A stretch of DNA of 62,324 nt, counting the filler, from Choristocarpus tenellus KU-1152 (lineage: Eukaryota; Protista; Phaeophyceae): the NCBI GenBank assembly GCA_964200185.2. It is 9 parts of 9 records of this genome, joined end to end, with 100 filler letters (N's around TTAATTAATTAA, not from the genome) between each part and the next. Parts side by side here need not be neighbours in the genome. Positions count along the whole stretch, not along the records: positions 1 to 6,829 come from CAXNAD020007257.1; positions 6,930 to 16,901 come from CAXNAD020003231.1; 7 more parts are not named here. One strand, 5' to 3'. This document shows, piece by piece, positions 1-12,926 of this stretch; positions within the stretch are counted from its first letter, which is position 1, and each line of letters starts with the position of its first letter. The notes beneath the pieces were generated by a model. It was given only the letters and a program-made list of their open reading frames with translations. It did not search any database and had not been told where the DNA came from. The position numbers and the translations under genes are program-made.

Positions 1-959
1 ATACATACATACATACATACACACATCACATATATGTCAAACAATTGCTCGGGATTATGCGGTTATGTGTTTGAGGTATCAGGTTGAAGTTGCGGTTAGA
101 TTAGATGTGTGTGAGACATACACATCAGATGCCCCACAAATATATTTCAAAAATTCAAGTTAGAATTCCTTCTGGTTGAAAGACATCAATGACTTGTCCT
201 ATACATGTAGTAGACGGTATACTAGAATGTACTATGTATGCGTGATAGTGAATCTACGTGACCATACTCCCTTAACCGTCCTGGTATGGATCAACGATGA
301 ACGTGGGGGTTACCCATGTAACTATCGTTTGGACGCCAGACTTCTTTTCGTGGAAATCTGATTCGGATTATCCTATTCATATGGCAAGTATGATTCTGTA
401 CTTACTTGTGCTATACTGTCTATTGTCATACCACAAAAAAAGTCGGACAAAGATTAACATGGAAAAAAAGGGGAGGAGGCGGAGGGACGGTTGGTGAGAA
501 GCAAGGCAGAAACGGAGGCACTATTATACAATTAGTCCATTAGGGCTTGTACTGACATGTGTATAGATTTCATTTTTTTTTCCCTTAACACGTCTGCAAA
601 ATGTCAGACGGCATAATGATAAAAATTTGTCCGAAGTCAGTAATTAGAAGTTGCTAGCAATACGAAGTATACGACACATTTTTATGTTTAGGACATTTTA
701 TATACACATATGTATATAGTTTTCATTGGTTTCCCCTGACATATCTACAAAATGTCAGAGGGCGTAATAATAAAATAATACGACAAGTAATGCAGTGTGT
801 CATACCTCTCTACATGAGTTAGGATACTATCCACGTTATAAATATGTGTTCACTGTAGAATAAATGGAACACCTTCCCCTGGAATGACACCTGTTGGTTG
901 ACCTCGAAAAAATGAATTATGGGGCGATACTAAATTCATCCACTCAGATCCCCAATGGA

Positions 960-1276
960 AGATACAAGACATGGAGCCCATGCTATTATTCTGACTCCGC
1001 TAGCTATCCGTTACACAGATTTCACAATAACATGAACTGGTGGAATTGAGGGTCTCCTGGCCGAGGGTAGATACGAGACAGGGAGACCACACTATTCTTC
1101 TCACTCCACAAACTATCCGTTACAAAGATTTCGCAATAACATTAACTGGTGGAGTTGAGGGTCTCCTGGTCGACGGTAGATACGAGACAGGGAGCTCACG
1201 CCATTCTTCTCACTCCGCTACCTATCCGTTACACGGATTTCACAATAACATGAACTGGTGGAGTTGAGGGTCTCCC
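960..1276. repeat. 109-bp tandem repeat, ~2.9 copies
   Basis: Units start at 961, 1070 and 1179 (GATACRAGAC...CTATCCGTTAC...AACTGGTGGARTTGAGGGTCTCC). Confidence 0.92.
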
Positions 1277-1631
1277 GAACTCACAACCGCACGGAAAGTT
1301 GTTTCCTGTTTCCGCTATGTGTGGGACGCTTCTAGAAGAAGGGCCGAACATAATTAATCAAACCATTCCCCTGAGATGTTACATCAACGATCAACCAGGA
1401 AGTTTGCTTCCCAAAGGGGCTGTTTGACATGAAGCGCTGAAGACCCAATTTTTCTTGGTGGATGAAATCCACACTGAGGGAGGTGATGTCAAGAAAAGTC
1501 CCAGTAGAGATTTCCTGGATAATGGCATGTCGTGAGCGCGCACGAACTTTTCCCCCCCATTTTTGGGGTGTGTCAAGGTGTGGGACAGACTCACGACCCG
1601 CTCCTTTACCCTGACATTTATCGTCGGATCA

Positions 1632-1888
1632 GAGTGAAAGTATCTTAGAGGGTACGACTTTTGCCCTGTTTGTCCATTTGGTACTTGACTTCCCTTGGGG
1701 TTTTTGCGATATTTTTCTACTCCAAAATATTTCGGAATAGGTAAAATGTACATGTTTTGAGAAAGTGGGTCTGGAAGAAGGATATTGACACTTCGTAACA
1801 AACACGACAGCTAAAATTACATCAGAGTCGCAACTTGGGTTTTGATCCCCAAATGGACGCGGGTCTACCCTCTAAGATACTTTGACTC
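1632..1888 (+). mobile_element. MITE family A (Sola2-like non-autonomous DNA transposon), TSD ATCA
   Basis: TIR GAGTGAAAGTATCTTAGAGGGTA / TACCCTCTAAGATACTTTGACTC, with ATCA on both flanks. Confidence 0.9.
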
Positions 1889-3629
1889 ATCAATCGCTCA
1901 TTACTGATCGCATCCAATCTCTAGAGGGACACGATGTTTTCAGGGTTTCAATTCCCGCTCAGCCTGCCTCAAGATCCCTTTCACTTTTGTTTGATATCAC
2001 CCCTTGTAGTTTTCAGCAATCTCCGAAAGAACTCGGTCACTAAAAGTTCTTCTATAATATCTGAAATGTTCGTGTACCGTTGTTTTGCGCTCTTACGTCG
2101 CTTGTTGATGAGCTACACGATCTGTTTATTTTCGAGGACGATACCCACATGGTTCATCAACTTTTCTCACTTGCACCCGATGCCACACACGGGGCAGACG
2201 AGTATCCTTTGAGGATATTTCACTTGGTTCGCACTTAATACCCTCAGTAGCTGACATAATTTACATGTACCTGACCATTTCACTCTGTACGGTCATAGTT
2301 CTCTTGTTCCATGGATTGGTAGTGAACCAAATAGGTAATGTAGACACTTCTGTCCTTCTCACCTAGCTTAGGCTTACGATACATAAGACTTTTTCCCGGA
2401 TATATCTGTCAAATTTCAAAAACCATAATAACATATGCATATTTATTTTATGCCGTATGACATTTTACAGATGTGTGAGGGGGAAGACCAAGAAAAACCG
2501 TTTCATATCAGATCAACCCTCATAAAGTAACAGTTTCGTAAATGTCAAAGATATTCACCTACTTACTATTTTACTACCAGGTATGCTGCACCATTGCCTT
2601 CCTGTGCCTCCAACCTAGGTTAGTCCCACACCCCAGGGTGAGGACCTACATCGTGGGATCGGAAGATTGGTAGGATGAGATTATTTTTATATAACGATAA
2701 AATCGTATACCCATGCCGTTATATATGCATGCTTCATACCCTTACCACTTTCTTTCAAAGTCATACTGGTTTGTCAACTCTATTTTTAATTTTTTTGCCC
2801 CTTCATAATTGCTTTTCTTGATCCTAATATTACTCTACTACACAACATTATAGTCTCTCAACAGACATATCAACTCTATTGTTGCTTCCCTAACCCCTAT
2901 AATAATAACACTATACTACACAACAATATATTATATCAACAGACATAAATTCTCTATTTACTTCCTTGGTCCCTATATATACTACTCAGTTTGAAGTAGC
3001 ACCATATATGCCCACTGATGATATATTCGAGGTATTTCAAAGGAGAGAAAAAAGCCGTACCAAAACTACAACGCAAGAACTTTGTCAAGATTATGCTTGA
3101 CCATTTGTGAGAATATTATTTGAAGTATTATTTTATGTACACACAGAAGATAATGCGGGACATTCGGGATATTTAGGCGGGGTATTTTACCAGAAGTAAT
3201 CGGTGGACTATTAGAGTTGGAGTGTTTCTGACGTGTACTAGAGATACGTTGAGTCATTTGGTATTCTGAGTCATTAAGCGTAAGGACTGGTGAGCCCCAC
3301 CTAGTGAAGGTATCTCACTCTCTTCTTAACTGTGGTACAAGTAAATAAACAATAATATAACTAGTTGTGTGGGACAACAGATCGCCAAGGACAGCTTAAC
3401 AAACTTAGTATACAATAGTTGCTGTACTAAGTTACCCCTTTTCAAAATGTGCACTGTACCATTTGAAACCAAGTGTGCAATAATGTCTCCTTCAATTTTT
3501 TTTCTGCTAACTAATATTCATACAGCGATGGTCCCAGAGGTGGGCAAGAAGGTAGGGAAGAGTCCCAGGAATCTGTCAGGCCCCTTCGTGTCGACCTGCC
3601 TGATACCTCTAGTTTGAAATACAAAACAT

Positions 3630-4090
3630 GTCTTGAAGAGCTACTTGTGCAGTGACAGAGTCAATGTCTCTCGAACGAGTCTTGCCCCTTTCTGACGACA
3701 ACCCCCAGCTCCTCTCCCTCCTACCACGTGGATGACCAACTTATCGAAACACTCTTTGCTTGCCTACTGAGCCACCCAAAACTATCACCACGAAGGTGTG
3801 TGTAGAGTAACGTTACAAGAGCCAACAAATCCCTGGTAGTGGGTGTCCTTTCGCGACTTGGCTGCTGCAGCAGCAACACCTTTGGTGGTGCATGAGTGGG
3901 TGAGGTGGCAAGATGCCTGGACCTTCGCAAAGCCGAAACCAGAAGGGGTCCTCGGTCACGGTAGAGATCTGCCAGCTTTCAATAGTGCCTCCATATGGAA
4001 CAACACATCCAAGCAGAGGCTCCTGTCCACTGTGAAAGGAACCCCATCCTCTATAGTGCAAGATGTACCTAATCCCCTGCGGTGCTGGGT
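3630..4090 (-). mobile_element. Decayed non-LTR retrotransposon remnant, restriction-like endonuclease (CRE/R2-type) C-terminus
   Basis: Frameshifted translation IEDGVPFTVDRSLCLDVLF...GVAAAAAKSRKDTHY...DSFGWLSRQAK...SVTAQVAL follows the RLE pattern E..PF....DI...AA..E.RK..Y...ESFG.L...ISVT.Q. Confidence 0.6.
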
Positions 4091-4784
4091 TTATTCGTTT
4101 GATCTCGGATGTTGGTGGACCTGTCCTCCCGCCTTCTGGCAGGTGCAGGCATGTCTGGCGTCGGCGTTTTGCCTCATGCATGCACCCACCGGGCACCTGT
4201 TTGACTTCCTCTTTCCCTAGAGACCTGGTGGTGGTGAGGCGAAACTCAACAGGAGGAATCCAGTGTGCTGGGTCTAAGGGCCTTGTGGAGACTCATGTAA
4301 TGGCCCCCTGCCTACAATGGCTCTGGTGGTGGCTAGAGCGAGAGAGGAACTTTCCCTCCCCTATTCCTTTCCATTTTTCAGGGAGGTTGGCCAGTTGCCC
4401 CCGACAAGGAGTCGACGGGTAATTTCATGTTGTGCCCTCCTTGTTATCCTGGCATCATGAGGTGCATAGGTGTGGACATCCGGAACGGGAGCAGGAGCTG
4501 TTCACCTGCTCAGCCCACTCAGTCATGATCAATAGTCCTCTGCAGGTTTACTGAGGGAACTCCTGATGAGATAATGGAGTAGATTGAGGATCCTAGGGTT
4601 TGCGATGTGGAGCGTGCACAAATGCCTTGGCTCCTATCCATTTCATTTCCTTTTAATCTCCATATATTTTTGTTCTGAATATATATATATATATATCTTC
4701 CCCTTAGCCTCTTTGTCTTTTATTCTATATGAAAGCTCTACTCTCTCAACACTGGTGGGGTTGTATCAATTCAAAGTAGGAAGT

Positions 4785-5043
4785 GAGTGAAAGCATCTTA
4801 GAGGGCACAATTTTTTCCCTGTTTGTCCATTTGTGTCTTGACTTCCCACGGTTTTTTCATGTCATTTTACCTACTCCGAAATGTTTTGGAGTAGGTAAAT
4901 TGTGTACGTTATGAAACGGTGTGTTTGGAACAAGGATATTGACATTTCCTAACAAACACAATAGCCAAAATTACATCAAAGTTGCAACATCGGATTTTGG
5001 GCCCCAAACGGACGCGGCTCTACCCTCTAACATACTTTGACTC
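4785..5043 (+). mobile_element. MITE family A copy
   Basis: Same TIRs and body as 1632-1888; flanks AAGT/AAAT (one mismatch). Confidence 0.9.
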
Positions 5044-5475
5044 AAATGTGTGCATGTTATTTCGTTTCGCTCATGAAATCCTCTATTAGTTCGCTACCCG
5101 CTTATTTCCTTTATCCCACTCCTTATTATTTCACATGTTACTACACCAACTCATTTCATCATTCAACCCTAAATTTCGAGTCACCAACAACACCACCAAT
5201 CTGTGTCGCCATCAGCATATCCACTCAAAATAATGCGACCATCCGCCCATCCACTCCACATCCACCCGCATCACATTCTTTCATTGCACATTCACCCACC
5301 TACATCCGGAAATTCTGAACTAGACTACATCTACCAACCCGAGCTTGAACCCCCCCCTCGTCACCATCATCCCTTTCAATCGTGAGTAATCTAGAGGGTG
5401 AGTTGGTGGGTGGATGGGGAAAGACCGTCAAAAATACTTTTAGTGTGCTCCCCCCTTTCTCCACCTTCTCCCTTC

Positions 5476-5700
5476 AAAGGGAAACCAGGTGGACAGGCGA
5501 AACATTGGTGGATGCGCATGCAAGACGGTCCTGAGAACGTTGGGGTGACGACTGAGGAGTGAACCGTAGCAGCAAATTATGTGATATGCATGTGTGGTTG
5601 ATGGTGCCAAGAAATTTGTAGATAAATGGCACCACAAAGAGATAGTGCTAGCTGACCTACGCTAAACTGAAGTAGCAGATAAGGCACTTCAAGCAGATCA
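5476..5700 (+). mobile_element. Decayed RTE-like LINE 3' remnant
   Basis: Disrupted translation KGKPGGQAKHWWMRMQD...VVDGAKKFVDKWHHKE resembles the RTE tail GGQEKxW...V..GA..FM..WH. Confidence 0.5.
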
Positions 5701-5868
5701 GGGTTTAGACCCAGCCCCTGTTGGTGCATGATGGCTACTGGTACTTTACCCTTTGGTATTGGTCTTTTTCTCTCCGGTTTGACTGTCTATTTGTTTTCCT
5801 AATTCTTAATCTCTTTTACTTAGTCCAATTTATCTTCATGGTACACTAGACCAAGTTTTTCGGTTGCT

Positions 5869-6052
5869 GACCCAAAGTATCTGGGGAGGGGGGACGGGGG
5901 GGTTCTATACCAGGGTGTCCATTTAACCCCAAATCAGGAAAGTGCATTTACATTATCCATCCGATGTATGCAACCAAATCACCCAAAAATCGCGACATGA
6001 AAAACTTGACCCCAAATGGACAGCCGCCACCCTTCCTCAGATACTTTAAGCC
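5869..6052 (+). mobile_element. MITE family B (G-tract TIRs)
   Basis: GACCCAAAGTATCTGGGG...CAGATACTTTAAGCC; body matches 12292-12474. Confidence 0.85.
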
Positions 6053-6227
6053 GCTAGAGTTTTCTTTGATATGTTCTTTCTTCTGTGGTAGTTATGGACG
6101 GGCTGTATGTCTTGATTGGAGTTTCATAGGCGACAATATGACCTTGAAGTCCTAGATTTTATACGTTTGTACTTCATGGCTATTTATTTATTATTTATTT
6201 ATTATGATGGCAATTGAGGCCATACAT

Positions 6228-6604
6228 CGTTGCCAGTTCCTTTTATGCGACGATGATTGATGCTTATGAAGGGGATAATCGAAGTGAGAGATCCAGCATA
6301 CCTGACGACTTGTGCATCATAGAGCCTTGCACGAGCTTCATAGTCCACATATATTCTTATGGATTGGAGCTGGATATTCCATTATGGTAAGCTTGCGTAA
6401 CATCTTGTCAATATTGTTGAGATGGGATATCGTTGACCAGTTCCTCTTATATGATGATGATTGATACTTTTGAAGGGAATAATCGAGGTGAGAGATCCAA
6501 AATACAGGAAGACTTGTCCATCAGGAGCCCTGTACGTGCATCAGCGCCATCTGTAGGCTTAGGGGCTGGAGCTATGCATCCCACCATGGTAAATTTACGG
6601 AGCG
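6228..6604. repeat. Diverged ~200-bp tandem duplication
   Basis: 6228-6402 and 6431-6604 share CCAGTTCC...GATGATTGAT...ATAATCGA.GTGAGAGATCCA...GACTTGT...ATGGTAA. Confidence 0.8.
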
Positions 6605-6829
6605 TTTTGTAACACCTGTTCTTTTTCTCCGTTTTGGGGTTTCTTTGCCTGTAAGATATCAAGGATGCTGATGTGTCAAGGTAGATGGCGTCCTTCATGT
6701 CTAGGAAATTGTTCTACTGCAGAGTGTTTTTTTTGTTTTCCTTATTTTTTTGCCCTTCTCCTGTCTCAAAGTATCTGGAGGGCGGGGGGGGGGGGGGTCT
6801 ATATGGGGCGCATTTTTCGCTGTCGCCAT

Positions 6830-6929
6830 NNNNNNNNNNNNNNNNNNNNNNNNNNNNNNNNNNNNNNNNNNNNTTAATTAATTAANNNNNNNNNNNNNNN
6901 NNNNNNNNNNNNNNNNNNNNNNNNNNNNN
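6830..6929. other. Artificial contig linker (44N + TTAATTAATTAA + 44N); identical linkers at 16902-17001, 28589-28688, 35971-36070, 38769-38868, 43600-43699, 47069-47168, 57210-57309
   Basis: Eight identical 100-nt spacers, each with a central six-frame stop cassette; genes are truncated at these points. Confidence 0.98.
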
Positions 6930-7260
6930 AAAAAAAAAAAAAAAACAAAAAAAAAAAAAAAAATAAAAAGAAGAGGAGCGGGGGGGGGGGGGGGGGGGGG
7001 GGGGGGGAACCTTCAGGTGTCAATACTCAACAGAAGCATCCAAATGAGGGATTGAAATGTTGTTTCAGTACTGCAGTGCCACTAGTCCTCAACCGCTCGA
7101 ACTAAGCCAATGTTGTCCCCTATCTATTTTTCTTGCAATTACTACATACATCACCAAAAAGGAACAAAACTACAAAGCCTTGTCCATACCTAGGATTACT
7201 CCAGTGAAATTAATCACAACAAAAAATGAATAAGAATATTTTATGTGTAATGGAACAAAC

Positions 7261-10200
7261 CTCAACGCTGAATCCCAATTCTTCAGCCTTCCTGTAGAAG
7301 AGGTCCTGCATCAGAGATTGAGAAAAAAAATTACCGAACAAAAAAAAAAGGAGTGCTGTGTTTCAGGTAGGGGTACATTTTCAAATGAGTACATTTTTTG
7401 CATGTATATACAGTCCTACAAGTGTATATAGGTAACTAGTATACGTCTTAACTGTTCCTTTGCCTCAGTAACTCCATTTCTTCCAACTACAATCTGCCCT
7501 TCTTGCAACCATCGTCTGCTTCAAGCAAAATACAATGAGTGCGCAACATTTGAAATCCGTACCACAGCCACCACGGTGTCAACTAGGAAGCTTCACAGGA
7601 TAAAATCCAAAAAATGACTTTTTTTTTCAAGATGATTGAACTCTCCAAGCAAATTGTGCTGCCTGCACATAAGCAGCTACAACTTTGAGCGTTCCTTGCA
7701 GGGGCGACACTTCAGTCAAAAACCAAGCAACATCCAACAACACAACGTGCACAAGATGATACAACCAAATACAAAGCACGCACACAGCATACACATCACT
7801 CAGATTCCACAGAAGAATAGTCCGAGAACAAAGTCTCAAACACCATCATTCCATACTCCAAATTGATCAAAGGGGAAATAAAAAATAAACAGCCAACTAC
7901 ACACCACAGCGGATATAACTGACAACAAAAATCGGGAAACATTCCCAAGTTTCACCAACTCAATCCTGGGGGGGGAGGGGGGGGGGGGGGATCAGAGCAG
8001 ATACAGCCATATGAAGTTAATGACATCAAAAGGTAGACCAAGTCACTCAATGGTTTCGAAAAAGAGCTGCCATAGCCCACAATCTTTGCACCCAAGTCTC
8101 ACAGTCGTGGACGTTGCACGGCAAACGTAGCCTAAGTACATGGCCGCCTCTTCACTTGCAGATCCTCGAATGAGTGCTGAGACAGTCTTATGGGGCAAAA
8201 GGTGGGAACATGCCAACAAAGCAGGTGCAATAAACAAGGGTAATCATGAGTAGGGGGGGGTGGGGAGGGATCTTCCAATTGGCATTTTAAATATGGTTTC
8301 AGTTCAGTCGATGGTATGTTATGACTAAGAAACATCCGGCGACAGTGTGTATGGGGTTTGTCGTGCAGTTCAGGGATAAATGTGTAGGCTCACACCGCCC
8401 TCAGCCACCCTCCGATCATTTACTCGGGTGAAATTCCAGAATTTTCAGTATTACTTGGTGGCCCACGGGGCTATATGCTTCTATTGAAGATACTACTTGT
8501 AATGAACTGCAAATGTTGGGCTTGATTGGGACTTACTCGTATAAAAATAAGTCAGTCAGGATATTTCAAAATATTTTTCTCCAGTCAATGCATCACTCAT
8601 ATCACTACTATCCCTAGAATTGAAATAGCACAGTCGCATCTGCTCTCACCTTGATCTTGCACCCTGGTGTCTGAGCACAAGAAAATAGCAACTGTGTCGT
8701 GGGCAATTCAAAAACAAGGGCATCTCTCTCGACAACAGTGGGACAAAGCTCTAGATATACATAGAATTACATATTAAACTTACTTGCCTGATCCACAGGA
8801 ATGAAGGCCCATGCTAACCCTGAGAGGTCAAGGGCACAACACCCAAACATCTACTTCTACCAATAGATCAAATAGCCTGTTTGTCACATGGAGCCAACGG
8901 GAGGTTTTTAATCCTGCCATCTACATATTGATTCCTCACCACAACCTCAGTACAACTCTCTACTCTCACCTGAAGGAAAGGACCTACAAATTGCGGCCAA
9001 CAAACGACATCGGCCCCCAAGAGTACATCAGGGTAGCCAAACTCTAGCGTGCATGTCTCTACCTCCTCCCTCTCCCCCCACACAAGTTTCCTAGCCTCCA
9101 CTTTTCCTGGGGCAAGTCCATTCTCCTCCACCTGGATGTGAATATTGCGCTGAAGAAGGCGCATGATGACATCACTTCCGTCTGTGAGAACAGTGGTCTT
9201 GCTGAAGATATATTTTTCACCAGTGGGGGTTGTTTTTTTAGCAGATGAGAGAAGAAATAAAAAATATTTGGTTGGATAATTGTAGGCTACGCAGGGTAGT
9301 AGTAGTATATCCTATTCTGTTTCTTGAGTACTACATAATCAAATGTCAAACAGCACAGGAGGTGCAGTATTGTGCATGGTGACTGTTTTGATCTCTTGTA
9401 GGAGGTAGAGGTAGCATGGTTGTTAGATGGGTTTTTTCGGCAGTCCATGAGATGAGCATGATTGCAATGGTGTTATCCTGGGGCTTTTACATACACTGTG
9501 GTGGATGATTGGTTTGCATAGTTTACTGGCAACTGATAGTCCAAAATGACACTGTTCCTTGATTTGTATTTGGCGAGTATGAGGTTACGAATTTGCCTCA
9601 ATTCAGGGAGTCTCAGGATACCTCTATTTTGGTAGCATTTTGGATAGATGTGCATTGACTTGAAGTCAGGGGAATTATACATATATACATACATAAGAGT
9701 TTGTGCTGGGTCCTGCCATGTTGGGAAAACTTGGATTCTGCACAAACAAAATTGGAGGGCTTGGTTGGTAGGTATGCATCGTATTTGCTATACCAATGAT
9801 GGCATAAGCTCAACAAAATATATCAATTTCTCCACAGTTATACTGTATCGCCCACTCCACCACCCCTCTATGGTCTTGATAAAGCACTGTGTTGCTTGGG
9901 ATGCAGTTGACTTGCACAAGGGCTATGGAGGTAGATAGGAGTGTCTGGCTCATTCTTACTGCACATTGTCCTTAGGTTGATTTGACCGAGTCTTGATAGT
10001 CTAAACACTATGTCAGCTATTTAAGACAATGTTAACCACATCTTTCTCTCTCAATTATAGGATGGATTTTACGGCACTTGGCAAAATATGCTCAGTTCTA
10101 CAGTATTTTTTGGTTAGGGATGCACCTCTCTCTGCTTTGCAGGGCAGTGAATTACCATGTTCACGGTGGTAGATTCTGCTGTGCCGCAATGTGCAAACTG

Positions 10201-11198
10201 AATTTTGTTCGTCTGGATTGCAGTTCTTCCATGGTGTGTGTGATAAATAAGAATCGAATACTATCTCTAACAGAACTGCGACGACAGGACAGGTGTCGAT
10301 GGGTAGAGGTTGCTGTTGGTAGAGAAAAGAGGCATTCATGATACTTGTGCAATGGTGGTTTCAGAATAGAGAAGCAAAAAAACTCTGTTGTCCACATGAC
10401 TCTACCGAAGGTTGGTGGTCAATGGCGGTGTTCTGTGGCTTCCATCATCCTTCGTCGAGGTAGGCACCAGCCGTAGTCCACGAAACTACGTTAATAATTG
10501 ATCTTTAAGTGCCTTTCTCATTGCTGGCGCGAAAAGCAGACGTTATTGTGCACAGGCTCATGATGGAGGGGGTGCAATGACCAATGACTCCCCACCTGAA
10601 CTGAGACGCGACCAGCCCGCTCAGCCAGCAGCCTGCTCCCAGCTCGACCACAGTCTTGCCTTCAAACAGTTTTCGCATCCTCACCACAAACCATGCTACA
10701 TATATAGAGATGGGCCATACGATCTGCCCAGTCAGATCAAAATCTGTCTGTGGCGACAAGAGGCACACAGGCAGGGACATCATAGCATATGGCGAATTTG
10801 GAAATAGGATAAGATAGTGGAGTCTCGAAGGGGCAGTTACCTGGATCTAATATAGAGAGAGAGAACATCATAGCCTCAACCTGAACACCTAAATCTACCC
10901 TAGATTCTTCCTAGTGGGGTAAACCCTTACCGATGCCGCCTGGCTGCACAGAAGTGGCTGGACCACTTCATCAAACGTATAGTTCGTTATCGTATACCTG
11001 AGGAAGATAGTCGAGGGTGTTAGATAATAGAGTATCTCAGGTAGGTCGAGTGACCAATTAATATCTCTCAACTCTTTTCACTACAGATAACATTGGAAGG
11101 ACGGCATACTCCAGTGCTCACTCCTCGTCTATGAAGAGACCAGGTTCGAAACAAACTTCGTCCTCATTTAAACTGGAAGATGTTTCTTCGCTCGCCAT
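7261..11198 (-). CDS. Class I SAM-dependent methyltransferase, Methyltransf_16 (METTL21/22/EEF2KMT-like) family; 3' end not identified
   Basis: Phase-consistent GT-AG exons 11198-11122, 10997-10931, 10747-10596, 9201-8970, 8186-8103, 7305-7261 give MASEETSS...TDFDLTGQIVWP...GKTVVELGAGCWLSGL...TVLTDGS...LVWG...DVLLGADVV...DLFYRKAEELGFSVE, with family motifs TGxxVW, ELGAG, LTD and GADV. Confidence 0.9.
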
Positions 11199-12291
11199 GA
11201 AAACAAGGATGGAGTGGTTGAGATCGCAGAGGGTTTGGGGATGGTGAAAGAAGGTGTTTAAATGAGGGTAAAAAACGTCCAATCAAACACTATCTGTAAG
11301 CACGAAACGTATTGTACCACTACGTTGTGTGATACTACAATAACAATTTGGATTTTACAAAACATTATTCCTGGCATACTATTGCATTTCCACCAATAAT
11401 GTGGTACTTGAGGGTGTGAGGGTCTTCGTCACCATATAGGTAGTACTTCTGACTTTCCTTGCAAATAAAAAATCACCTCTCATCATCCAGATAGATGTAC
11501 AAAGTCTTTGGAAACTTTTCCTAAGTAAGCAAAGGCTTAAGATAGGTTGAGCACTCGGTACAACCAAGCTTTTTCGTTTTTTCTAGCAGGGTGGACATCA
11601 GAATGTGTAGATGAGTCACCAGGGCGCGCTGGGTTGTACGATTTTCGTGGGAAACACTTCGCGAGCATCTGGGATATAGGTCATTGATGGTGATACCTTT
11701 CCAGCCCGAATTCCCCTTCCTCCCCATACATACGACTATCGGGATACATACCATCGTCATCCTTTGTATCTTGTAGCTCTTCCAAAGCCTTGAGGTGGTA
11801 TGAGTATTGCTCTCAGGCATCTCTAGAACTCGGTTGATGTTGCTGTACATCAAGGACTCATTCTTGCTACCTTCAAGGCACTCCAGAATCGCCCCTTTCA
11901 ACCAGTCAGAATCGTTAGTTTGGTTATCTCGAACACCATTTGACTGGTGGTGGATGTGCCCAATCAATCTGAAATATATCCATGGACCATCTGCAGCAGC
12001 CAAGATAGATGTGAAAAGCATCCTTGGCAAAGCTGCACAATAAACAACACACACACACACACACACACAACATCAACAGCAACAAATGTACACTACCTGT
12101 AGCATTCAAATAATACGTAATATGTGCGTAGCATTCAAATACGTAATATGTGACGGAAAGGCTCTGTCCAGGGATTTCAAATTGATGTCTTGGTTTCACC
12201 CTTCATTACCGCCCTCTGCCTTCACCAGTCTCCAAACCACCAATGTCACCTGAATATGATATTTGAACTGACCAATAAATGTCCCTCTTGA

Positions 12292-12474
12292 GACCCAAAG
12301 TATCTGGGGAGGGGGGGGGGGTCTACACCACCAGGGTGTCCATTTCACCCAAATTCAGGAAAAGTGCACTTACATTATCCATCCGACTTATGCAACCAAA
12401 TTACCCAAAAATCACGACATGAAAAAATTGCCCCCAAATGGACAGCCGCCACACACCCCCAGATACTCTGGGCC
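12292..12474 (+). mobile_element. MITE family B copy
   Basis: TIRs GACCCAAAGTATCTGGGG / CCCCAGATACTCTGGGCC; flanks TTGA/TTCA. Confidence 0.88.
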
Positions 12475-12751
12475 TTCACGATCGTGGAATAGGTTGGAAA
12501 ATGTTCGTTAAAGGGAGTGAGGTCGGTTTAATGTCCAAATCATTACTATATTACCGAACAGATATATTTAGATACCTTTTGAACTACTGGATGTACGCAT
12601 TTTTTTATGGTGTGGTAGGTTGTCGGGGGGGAAAGTAAGAACATCTGTCATTTCGGAGCCACATCATCTGTGTGCTCGAGTAGTACAAGAAGGAAAAATA
12701 CAGGGGTGGTGTGTGTTTGTTCTGTTCTGTTCCTTGCAGATAAGGGGAGGT

Positions 12752-12926
12752 GGCTCAAAGTATGTGGGAGGTTGTGGCGGCTATACATTCAGGGTCCATT
12801 TTTTATGTCATGATTTTGGGGGGTTTTGGTTGCATGCATTGGATGGATAATGTAAGTACACTTTTCCTGGTGAGGGCCCAAATGGACACCCTGGTATAGA
12901 CCCCCCCCCCCAAGATACTTTGAGCC
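12752..12926 (-). mobile_element. MITE family B copy, TSD AGGT
   Basis: Reverse-complement copy, GGCTCAAAGTAT...ATACTTTGAGCC, flanked by AGGT on both sides. Confidence 0.9.

Noticed and set aside
960-1276. 109-bp array as a CRISPR or coding repeat
   Set aside because: The whole unit is repeated with no unique spacers, and 109 is not a multiple of 3.
1632-1888. MITEs acting as intron-generating elements (introners)
   Set aside because: Copies lie inside longer introns or between genes, and their ends do not coincide with splice sites.
6874-6885. TTAATTAATTAA palindrome repeated eight times within N runs
   Set aside because: Artificial six-frame stop linker used to concatenate contigs, not biological.
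11379-12066. Overlapping minus-strand ORFs with fragments such as LYIYLDDER and INDLYP
   Set aside because: Interrupted, and no family could be assigned; the motif order does not fit a B-family polymerase.
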